Made by a program: the position numbers and the translations under genes. From the NCBI GenBank assembly GCA_963558405.1, contig CAUWGC010000015.1, positions 1-43,280 on the forward strand: a stretch of 43,280 bases of DNA, written 5' to 3'. A model generated the notes under the pieces. It searched no databases. It had not been told where the DNA came from and was given only the letters and a program-made list of their open reading frames with translations. Of this stretch, positions 10,765 through 21,900 are shown in pieces; position 1 is the stretch's first letter; every line of letters begins with the position of its first letter. This DNA comes from an uncultured Clostridia bacterium (GTDB taxonomy: Bacteria > Bacillota > Clostridia > TANB77 > CAG-508).

Positions 10765-12255
10765 TTAGAGTTTATGCACATCTTTTACACTTGGTGATTC
10801 TATTAATATTCCATCATAAGTAAATTTAGATCCATGACATGGACAATCCCATGTTTTTTCTATATTATTAAACGATAACTCACATCCTAGATGTGCACAT
10901 TTAGGTTCTATCATGTGTAATTCTTTTCTTTCATCACAATATACTCCAACTTTTTTTCCTTCCCATTCTATTATTTTACCTTCTCCTACTTTTACCTGTT
11001 TTAATGTTTCTTCTGGAATTTCTAATTTTTTTAATGCTAAGGAATATGTTACCTCTTTTAACATATTTTTTACTTCTTCTTTATTTTTTACAGGTTCAAA
11101 TCTTGTTGAAGTAAATATTTTTTCATACTTATTTTCTTTTCCAATTATTTTATTTACAATAATTTTTGAAGCTACATAACTTGATGTCATTCCCCATTTT
11201 TTATATCCTGTTGCTACATACATATTAGGCATTACATTTGAATATTCACCTATATATGGTATTTTGTCTACGGACACACAATCTTCAGCATTCCATTCAT
11301 ATATTCTCTTAAAGCTTGGATATTTTTGTTTTGCAATATTTTCTAATTCTTTATATTTATCACCTAAATCTTCTCTTGTACCTGTTTTATGGTCTAATCC
11401 TCCTATTATTAATAATCTTTTATCACCTTTAATAGCTGTTCTAAAACTAATTGTTGGTTTTTCACTATTTATATACATTCCAGAAAATAGCGGTTCTTTT
11501 ACTTCTCCTGCTATTAAATATGATGTCTGTTGATACATTTTTAAAAAGTAAAAACCAGGTACATTTATAATTGGATATCTTGTTGCCATTATTACATATT
11601 TAGCATAGATTTTATTCGTTTGAGTAATAATAACATATCCATTTTCTTCTTTTTTTACATCGATTACTTTTGTATTTTCATATATATCTCCGCTTCTTAT
11701 TAACTATTTTATCTACTAGTTCAATTCCGTATTTTACAGGATTAAACATTGCTTGATTTTTTATTTCTATTGCACCTATATGATTAAATGGTAATTCTGT
11801 TTTCTCTAAGAATACGGAATTTCCACCTAATGAATTAACTGCCTTTACTTCTAATTTAATTTTTTCTAGTTCTTTAGGTTCATTGGTAAATACATAAGCA
11901 TTTTGATCTTCTAAATCGCAATCTATTTTTTCTTCTTTTATGATATTTTTAATTTCTTTTATTGCTTCTTCGTTTGCTTCAAAATATTCTTTTGCAAGTT
12001 CTTCTCCAAATGAATTTATTAAATAATCATAAAATAATCCATGCTGACTTGTAATTTTAGCTGTTGTATTTCCACTTGTTTTACTAAGTATTGTATCTTT
12101 TTCTAAAATACAAGTTGAATATCCCTCTTTAGTAAGTAAATAGCCACAAGTAATTCCTGTTAATCCTCCTCCGATAATACAAACATCAACATTTTTTTCT
12201 TCTCTTAGACTTTTATAACCATTTCTTTTTTATCTTCTAACCATAATGATTTCAT
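10765..12255 (-). CDS. FAD-dependent oxidoreductase with C-terminal Rieske domain (YhfW-like), interrupted by two frameshifts
   Basis: MKSLW start with GGGAGG RBS; VCIIGGGLTG, SGNTTAKITSQHG, CAHLGC/CPCHGS. One base is missing in the A6 run (12226-12231) and there is an extra C at 11692 (AAG CGG AGA). Confidence 0.85.
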
Positions 12256-12303
12256 AAAAAAACCTCCCTTTTTAGTATTCCCTAAAAAGAAAGGTTATAT
12301 GCT

Positions 12304-12507
12304 TTAATCTTTAAATTCTAAAATATCTCCTGGCTGGCACTCTAATACTTTACAAATACTTTCTAAAGTTGAAAATCTAATTGCTTTGCCTTTATTATTT
12401 TTTAATATAGATAAGTTAGCACCAGTAATTCCTATTTTTTGACAAAGTTCAGAAGAAGATATTTTTCTTTTTGCCATCATTACATCTAAATTTACTACAA
12501 TAGGCAT
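12304..12507 (-). CDS. XRE/HTH_26 transcriptional regulator (YozG-like)
   Basis: NLSILKNNKGKAIRFSTLESICKVLECQPGDILE. Confidence 0.9.
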   Translation of the reverse strand: MPIVVNLDVMMAKRKISSSELCQKIGITGANLSILKNNKGKAIRFSTLESICKVLECQPGDILEFKD

Positions 12508-12522
12508 TTTATCTCCTCCTTT

Positions 12523-13005
12523 TTATATTGTTAAATCATTTTCTTTTTTATAATCATTTGCTGTTTTAAATAACTCCGATAAAATATATGCAGAAATCCA
12601 TGCTACAAAAAATACTCCTAAAACTATTATTGAAAACATAACAAAATATATGTTTTTTATCCAAATTGCAATTATAATTAATATAAAATATACAATACTA
12701 ATAAATAGAGAAGAATTTGAAACTATTTTTAAATACTTAACTGTATCTTCAACAAAAGGATTATTTTCTTTTAATAAATTAAATAATTTAATAAATTTAT
12801 ATAATATTATTAAAGCTGGAAAACCTGTTATATAAATTCCTATAGGATATAGTAAAAATGGAAATGTTACACCATTTGGTTCTTTTATTATATAATATAA
12901 TGCTAAAATAGGTATTATAATCATTAAACCAATTCCTATTACAAATGTTACTTGTAAAACTTTTTTTATTTCGTTTGATATACTGTCTTCTCCTGTTATT
13001 TTCAT
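12523..13005 (-). CDS. DUF2975-like membrane protein
   Basis: Four TMs, NPF motif, C-terminal ENDLTI, located next to a YozG-like HTH gene. Confidence 0.8.
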   Translation of the reverse strand: MKITGEDSISNEIKKVLQVTFVIGIGLMIIIPILALYYIIKEPNGVTFPFLLYPIGIYITGFPALIILYKFIKLFNLLKENNPFVEDTVKYLKIVSNSSLFISIVYFILIIIAIWIKNIYFVMFSIIVLGVFFVAWISAYILSELFKTANDYKKENDLTI

Positions 13006-14472
13006 TTATATCACCTCATCTAGATTTAATTTTTCTAAATTTTTTTTAGCAGCCTCTCTATTATAATTCCATTCCCAGATACTTTTTGTTTCTTGTAACA
13101 TATTTTGTTTTGATTGTAAGTATGTTAATACTTCTTCTCTTATTTCTGCATTTTTTGAAATAAGTAATTTTTGCATTTCTTTTATTCCATCTATACTTAT
13201 ATTGTGTTTTAAATAATACATATCAATATCTTCTGTTTTTTCTCCTTTTTCATAAAAAAGTTCTACATTTCTTTTTACAATTAAACTGTCTATATTTATA
13301 AAATTTAAAACAATATACATTGCAGTAATAATCATCACATAACTTGAAAACAAGTTTATATTTTTATTTAGTATATATAACACAGTTGGAATCATTAACA
13401 TTAATTCTGTAATTATTGCTAAAAATACTACTATCCTTAAAAAGGTTAATCCATATTCTTGTTCATATAAATACATACGATAAAATGATGAAATTAATAT
13501 AATAATAGTAAATAATACTAATGCTAATTTCATAATAGTAGTATAGCTTTTATTTCCATTATTAATAGAATTAGAACTTACAATTAAAATTAAATTAATA
13601 ATAGAAACTATTATAAGTTGAAAATATCCTTGTCTTGCATAATTTGCATATTGAAAATCATTTATCATTTCTTTTGCATTAAATAAATAAGTTATTTGAA
13701 TTAAGCAAAATACTAAATAAATTATATTTAATACAGTAATAATACAATGAAAAGTAAAAGAATCTATTTTTTTATTTACTTTATGTTCTTTATTTTGTAA
13801 TTCTGCGTAAGATGTTTTTTGCTGCAATAAGTTGTAAAGAATTGTTACAATATATATGAACACAATTATTAGAACAACAATTCTAAAGAAAAGAGATGTT
13901 ATTAATTCTGTTGTAAATATATTTTGTAATTTTTCTATAATTCCATTAAACATTTCTGCAAAAATACTATCAGCAGAAATTAATAAAGCTAAAACTATAA
14001 GTACAATAGGAACTGTAATAAAAATTGCTTTTACAATTTTCTTTCCCTTTCCTATTTTTTTATCACTTGATTGTATAAAAAATACTTTTTTTATTTCGCT
14101 ACAAGAGTCTCCTAAATATTCTAATGCTCCAATAAAAATATTAAAAATTTTAGAAAATGTATTTAAAAGATTTACTTTTTTATTTTCTAAACAAATTATC
14201 ATGTAACCTGTTAGACCTAAAATTACTAACCCATTTAATACTCTTAATGTTTCATTATTGAATAATCCATATGTACTACTAAGCAATAAAATAGGAATAC
14301 TTAATAATATAGCTTTTTTATTATTTAATCTTTCTTTTTTTTCTAATAGATAAAAAAGAAAAAATAAGCAAGCTATACAAAATAAAAACATTGATATTCC
14401 TGGCTTTTTTTCATAAAATAAAATAGAATGTAAAATACTTAATATTAAACTTCCAATTACAGCTATTTTCAT
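13006..14472 (-). CDS. DUF4153/DUF4173-like multi-pass membrane protein
   Basis: LLISADSIF, YANYARQGYFQL, RMYLYEQEYGLTFLR motifs. Confidence 0.8.
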   Translation of the reverse strand: MKIAVIGSLILSILHSILFYEKKPGISMFLFCIACLFFLFYLLEKKERLNNKKAILLSIPILLLSSTYGLFNNETLRVLNGLVILGLTGYMIICLENKKVNLLNTFSKIFNIFIGALEYLGDSCSEIKKVFFIQSSDKKIGKGKKIVKAIFITVPIVLIVLALLISADSIFAEMFNGIIEKLQNIFTTELITSLFFRIVVLIIVFIYIVTILYNLLQQKTSYAELQNKEHKVNKKIDSFTFHCIITVLNIIYLVFCLIQITYLFNAKEMINDFQYANYARQGYFQLIIVSIINLILIVSSNSINNGNKSYTTIMKLALVLFTIIILISSFYRMYLYEQEYGLTFLRIVVFLAIITELMLMIPTVLYILNKNINLFSSYVMIITAMYIVLNFINIDSLIVKRNVELFYEKGEKTEDIDMYYLKHNISIDGIKEMQKLLISKNAEIREEVLTYLQSKQNMLQETKSIWEWNYNREAAKKNLEKLNLDEVI

Positions 14473-14560
14473 AGCTCCACCTCCTAATATAGGTATATTA
14501 TATACATTACTTTTTTGTTTGTCAATATTTTTTTATTGTTTTTCGATATCAACGATATTA

Positions 14561-14597
14561 AAAAGAGATGTTTTATTTTTGTTAAAACATCTCTTTT
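14561..14597 (-). terminator. intrinsic terminator after htrA
   Basis: AAAAGAGATGTTTT...AAAACATCTCTTTT. Confidence 0.7.
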
Positions 14598-14599
14598 AT

Positions 14600-15737
14600 C
14601 TATTTTTTACCCAACTTTACTTTTATTTCTATTGTTTTATTTCCTCTTGCTACTTGAAGTGTTACTTCATCTCCCGGAGATTTTGTGTAAATATATCCTC
14701 TTAATTCACTCATTTTTTGTAATTCTAGTGCATCAATTTTTTTAATAATATCTCCTACTTTTAGTCCTGCTGTAAATGCTGGACCATCTATGTTTACCTG
14801 TGCTACATATATACCTCTAGTGAAATTTAAATTAGAATCAAGATATGGTATTACTTCTTTATCATAAGCAAAAATTCCTAAGTTTGCTTCGTTAAATTCT
14901 CCTGTAGATGTTATTTTTTCAATAATAGGTTTTATATAGTTAATTGGAGTTGCAAATCCTATTCCTTCTGCTGAAGTTATTTTTATAGAATTTATCCCTA
15001 TTACTTCTCCTTCTGGATTGATTAGTGGTCCTCCACTATTCCCTGGATTTATTGTAGCATCTGTTTGTATTAAGTCTTCCATATAACTTGATTTATTTTC
15101 TTCTTCTATTTTTATAGTTCTATTTACAGCACTAATAATGCCAGAAGTAACTGATCTTTGAAATTCAAAACCTATAGGGTTTCCGTATAGCAAAAACATT
15201 TTCTCCTACTCTTATATTATCAGAATCTCCTAATTTTGCATATTTTAAATTTTTTTCATTTATTTTTATTATTGATAAATCTATATCTGTGTCAGACCAT
15301 ACTACATTTGCATTGTAGGTCATTCCATTTTCTAAGGTTACATAGCAATTTCCATATTTACTACCAGAAACATGTTCATTAGTTAATATATATCCATTAT
15401 CAGATACAATAACTCCTGTTCCTAATCCTAAACTAGTAGCACTATCATTTAAAAACACTGTATTACCAGCATTTTTTATTTTTGAAATTCCTACAACACT
15501 GCTAGTAACTTCTTCAATCATATCTGCTACTTCTTTGCTTTCTTTTTTTACTTCTTCTACAGTTCTTCCTGTTTTTTCTGCTGTATAATTTAAACTTTGT
15601 TTTCCTTCTATTATGTCTATTTCTTGATACTTTTGATAAAGTACTAATCCTAACATAAGAATTAAAATAGAGATAAATATTCCAACAAATAATTTAACTA
15701 CTTTTCTATTAGTTTCTCTTTTTTTATATCTATACAT
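14600..15737 (-). CDS. htrA: HtrA/DegP-family serine protease with PDZ domain, split by a +1 frameshift at 15185
   Basis: [21 protein letters not shown] and a PDZ domain; GCT ATA CGG AAA CCC becomes A-I-G-N-P-I-G if the C is skipped. Confidence 0.9.
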
Positions 15738-15946
15738 TTTTCATCCTCCACTATTAATATTTTTTCCATTGTTGGTATTTTTAAACATCTTTTATATAAC
15801 TATTTTAAGAACTACTAGTAAAAAAATGTAGAAGTTTGTCATTTTTTTCTGTTTTTTAAGTGTTTTATCTTGTAATATATAGATTTTTAATATATAATTT
15901 TGATAAAATGAAGTTTTCTATTTTTTATTTTATGGAGGGTTTATAA

Positions 15947-18900
15947 ATGAACTCAGATACATATAATTTAACCAATCCTCAAAAATCAATTTGGCTGACT
16001 GAGGAATTTTTTAAAGGAACAAATATTAATAACATTAGTGGAAATGTATTAATAAATGAAAAAGTAAACTTTAATTTGTTAGAAAAAGCAATAAATATTT
16101 ATGTACAAAAAAATGAGGCTATACGTACTCAAATTACTACTAATAATCAAGAAGTAAAACAATACATAAAGGATTATTCATATTTTTCTATTCCACTTGT
16201 TTTATTAAATACTAAAGACGATTTAAACACATTTAATAAAGAAATTGTTAAACCAATTTTTTCTGTTATAGATTCTAATCTATTCCGCTTTACTTTGATT
16301 AAATTCAAAGATGGAAGTGGTGGTTTAAACGTCACCTTTCATCACCTTATAGCAGATGCATGGACTATGAGTTTATTTATAGACGAAGTAATGGAATTAT
16401 ATAAGAATTTGTTAGATAAAGATACAATCTCTTATGATTTAAATCCAACTTACTTAGATTATATACAATCTGAAGAAAATTATATTAAAAGTGAACGTTA
16501 TAAAAAAGATGCTAATTTCTGGGAAGAAACTTATTCTAAAGAGCCAGAATTTGCACCTATTATGAACTACTCTAAAAATAGCCCCAAAACAGTAGAAGCC
16601 TCTCGTAAGACTTTTACTCTTAATTCTACACTTTATTCAAAGTTATTATCTTATTGTAAAAACAAAAATTTATCTATTTATACATTTCTAATGTCAATTT
16701 ATTCAATTTATTTATCTAAAATTAATAATATTAAGGAGCCTATTATTGGTACTCCTATTCTAAACCGCTCTAATTTTAAAGAAAAAAATACAGCAGGTAT
16801 GTATATTAGTACTATACCTTTTAAAGTAGCTATTAATTCTGATTACTGTTTTTGCGATTTTCTAAATGATGTAAATACTACTCAATTAAGTATTTTTAGA
16901 CATCAAAAATATCCATATAGTGAATTATTAAACAGAATAAAAAATAAATATAATTTAAAAGAGAATTTGTATGACATTGTAATTTCTTATCAAAATGCAA
17001 GAAATAATTCTAATTCTTTTAGCATTCCTTATACTACAGAATGGTTATTTAACCAATCTATTGCTGATAGTTTAGAAATACATATTTATGATATGGACAA
17101 TACTGGTAACCTTAATATTTATTATGATTATCAAAATGCTAAATTTACAGAAGAAGATATTATCTCTATTCATGAAAGAATTTTAAATATGATTTCTTCT
17201 GTACTAAATACTCCAGAAATACTTATTAAAGATATTGAAATTACAACTCCTAAGGAAAAAGAACAAATTTTATCTGTTTTTAATGATACAGATTTTTCTT
17301 TTGATAAAGATCAAACATTAATAGAAAAATTTGAACAAAATGTAATAAAATCTCCAAATAAAACAGCTCTTGTATTTGAGGGAAAATCATATTCTTATAA
17401 AGAAGTAAATGAAAAAGCAAATCAAATTGCTCATTTACTAAAAGAGCATTATATAGAATCAAATCAAGTTGTAGCTATTATTATGGAACGTTCTCCTTTT
17501 ATTGTGTTTAGTATGATTGGTATTTTAAAAGCAGGTGCTGCTTATACTTTAATACTTCCTACTTTACCTCAAAAAAGGATTGAATACATGCTAAGAACGG
17601 CAGATGTAAAAGCAATATTAACTAATTCTAGCAATTTAAGCAATTGTTATCCTGGTACTATATTTTTAGACCAAATTGTTTTATCATCATATAGTACTAA
17701 CAATTTAGAAGAAAAAGGCTCAAATGAGGATAATTTATCAATAATGTACACTTCTGGTTCTACTGGAATTCCTAAGGGTGTATTATTAAGAAGATTAGGA
17801 ATGTTAAATTTATTTTACCTATATTATACTTCTATGAACCTTGAAAATTTAGATAATTTTTTAAGTATTTGCTCTATTTCTTTTGATATGTTTGCAGTAG
17901 AAGTTTGGCTTCCGCTTCTTGGAGGTAAAACATTAGTTTTTGCAAATTCTGAAGAAGAAAAAAATCCTATTTTTATGAAAAAGCTAATAATAGATAATAA
18001 AATTGAATTTATGCTAATTACTTCATCAAAAATGGATTTATTATTAACAAACAATGATACTCTAAAAAGTGTTAAAGCAATTCAGCTTGGCGGTGAAGTT
18101 TTAAACCCTGCTTTTTATGAAAAAGTAACAAAATATACTGATGCCAGAATTTTTAATGGTTATGGTCCTACTGAAGCAACTGCGTGTACAACAACAAAAG
18201 AGATTACTGATTCTAATCATATTAATATTGGTAAGCCTCTATGTAACACAAAAGTATATATATGTAATAACGATATAAATCTATGTCCTATTGGTATACC
18301 TGGAGAATTACTTATTGGAGGAATTGGTGTTGCTAAAAGATATATTAATAATTCAGAGGTAACCTCAAAATGTTTTATTAAAGATCCTTTTGGAGAAGGA
18401 ATGCTTTATCGTTCTGGTGATATTGGATTTTACAACAAAGATGGAGAAATTGAATATATAGGAAGAAATGATTTTCAAGTTAAAATTAATGGACAACGTA
18501 TTGAATTAGAAGAAATAAATAATGTTTTAAAACAAATAGATGGTATAAGAAACAGTATTACAGTAATAAAAGAAATAAATTCTATTTCTACTATTTGTTC
18601 TTACTATGTTTGTGAAAGGGAAATAAATCCAGAAATTATAAAAGCTATTTTATCTAAAAGTTTACCATACTACATGGTACCTTCACATTTTATTTGTTTG
18701 GAAAAAATGCCTCTTACAGCAAACGGTAAAATAGATAGAAAAGCTCTTCCTGAAATAAAGATAACAGAAGAATATATAGCACCTATTACAGATACCGAAA
18801 AGAAATTATGTACTATATGGGAAAAACTTTTATCTAAATCTCCAATAAGTATTAATAGCAACTTTTTTACTATTGGTGGAGATTCTTTAAGTGCTATTCG

Positions 18901-21900
18901 TATGTTAACACAAATTGAAAATGTTTTTAACACAAAAATACTTGTAAAAGATATATTTGAGTTTAATACTATTAAAAGTTTAGCTAGCTTTATTGATAAA
19001 TCAGACTCGACTGTAAACAATAATATATCTATTTCAAAAGCTGAAAAAATGGATTATTATCCACTTTCTTCTGCACAAAAACGTATTTACTATTCTTCTA
19101 GTATTTCTGGTGAAAATTCAACAGTATATAATACTCCTATGATAATACGTTTAGATGGAAATATAAATGTAAAAAAAATAGAACATTGTTTTAAATATTT
19201 AATTGAAAGACATATTACTTTAAGAACTTACTTTGATATAACAAATTCTGGAGAAGTAATACAAAAAACACAAGATAAAATAAATTTTTCTCTTTCTATT
19301 GAAGATGGAAAAAACCGAAGCATTTACTCTATTTTTAATGATTTTATAAAGCCTTTTTCTATGAATGTAGCTCCACTAATGCATGTAAAACTAATTAAGT
19401 TCTCTAAAAAACTTAATTATATATTTATAGATTTACATCATAGCATATGCGATGGTTCATCTGTTTCTATGCTAATAAAAGAATTAAGTGATATTTATTC
19501 TAACATTTCTTTAACTGAAGAGAAAATAAATTATATTGATTTTTCTGTATGGGAAAATTACTGCTTAAATAATAATGTATTCTTAGAAAGTAAAAATTTT
19601 TGGAAAAATGAGCTTTCTGGAGATTTACCTATTTTATCTTTGCCTACGTCATTTAAAAGACCTGAAAACAGAGATTTTAAAGGAGATAGATTATTTTTTG
19701 CAATAGGAAAAATGAAAACACAAGAAATAAAGAATTTAGCAATTAAGCTTAATACTACTCCATATATTATTTTATTAGCTTGTTATTATATATTATTATA
19801 TAAATATTCTGGACAAGAAGATATTATTGTCGCATCACCTGTTAGTGGAAGATATAGAGAAGAATTAAAAAATGTATTAGGAATGTTTGTAAATAGTATA
19901 CCAATTAGGGAATCTATTTCTGGAAATCTTACAGTAAAAGATTTTATTATGAATCTTAGTAACCACTTTTTAGACTGTATAGAACATCAAGAATATCCTT
20001 TTGATGAAATGGTAAAAGATTTAAACTTAAAAAGAGATACTTCTAGAAATCCTATTTTTGATACAATGTTTGTATATCAAAATGATGGAATACCTAATTT
20101 ATCTTTTAATAATGTACAAGCATCAATTGTTAATTTTCCAAATAACATTTCTAAGTTTGATATTTCCTTAGAAATAATACCAAAAGAAAATACTTTTTCT
20201 GCTTCTTTTGAATATGCTACATCTTTATTTACAAAAGAATTTATAGAGCATTTTAGTAAACATTATCAAGTAATATTATCTTATGTATTAGAAGATATTA
20301 GCTCTAATATTTCTTCTGTTCCTATTATATCAAGCATAGAAAAGAAAAAAATATTAGCCTTTAATTCAACAGAAAAGAATTATTCAAAAGAAGAAACTAT
20401 AGAAAATATTTTTTATAACATTGTAGAAAAAAATCCTAATGCACCTGCTATTATTTATGAAAATACTTCTATTTCTTATGATAAACTAAATAAATTATCA
20501 AATAAAGTTGCTAATTTCTTAATTAGTAAGAAATTAAATAATAGAGTTATAGGAATACTAGCTAATCGCTCACCAAAACTACAAATATTTATGCTAGGAA
20601 TTTTAAAATCAGGTTCAAGCTATCTTTTGATTGACCCATCACTTCCAAAAGACAGAATTGAATATATGCTTACTAATGCTAAATCTCCATTTTGTTTTGT
20701 AGAAGAAAATGTACAAAAAATAGATTATGAAACTATATATATGAACAATAATACAATTAATCTTTGTAGTGACGTTAATGCTATTTCTACTTCAAATAAC
20801 AATGATATATTTTGCGTTATTTATACATCTGGTTCTACAGGCAATCCTAAAGGAGTAGCTTTAAAAAGACAAGGTATTGTTAATATGCTATTAAGTTATA
20901 AAACAATTTTACATACTGATGATTGCAATAACTTTTTAAGTATTAGTGCAGTTTCCTTTGATATGTTTATTGTTGAAAACTTTATTCCTCTTTTATCTGG
21001 AAAAACTGTAATTCTTTCTAATGAAGAAGAACAAAAAATTCCTACATATATGAGTGAATTAATATTAAAAGAAAATGTAGATTTTCTTTTAACTACACCA
21101 TCTCGTATTGAACTATTATTATCTAGCCAAACTAGAAATTGCTTAAATAATCTTAAAATTATTCAATTAGGAGGAGAAGTTTTTACTAAAACTTTATATA
21201 AATCTTTAAGAGAATATACTCATTCTCGTATTTATAATGGATATGGACCTTCTGAAATCACAGCTTGTTGTTCTAGTAAAGAAGTAACTTCTGCAGAAGA
21301 TATTTCTATTGGAAAACCATTTTGTAATACAAAAATATACATTTGTAACAAAGATAAAAATATATGCCCAATTGGATTAGAAGGTGAAATTTGCGTTGCA
21401 GGTGATGGTGTTAGTTTAGGCTACTTCAATAATGATGAGTTAACAAAAAAAGCTTTTATACCTAACCCTTTTGGAGAAGGAACTTTATACTGCACAGGAG
21501 ATATTGGAAAACTAAATAATAAAGGTGAATTAGAATACATTGGAAGAAATGATTTTCAAATAAAAATTCGTGGTTTACGTGTTGAATTATCTGAAATAGA
21601 AAAAAAACTTTTAGAAATTCCCGAAATAACAAATACCGCTGTAATTTATGTAAAAAATGTTTCAAATCCTTTTATTGCAGCATTTTATATATCTTCTGAT
21701 CCATTATTAACTACTTATATAAGGAATACTCTTTCTAGTTCTTTACCTTTATATATGGTACCTAAATATATAATACCTTTATCTAGCTTTCCAATTACTT
21801 CAAATGGAAAAGTAGATAAAAAATCTTTAGCAAATTATAATTTTGATTTAGAAGAAAAGAGAATTTACGTAGCACCACAAACAGAAACTCAAAAAATTAT

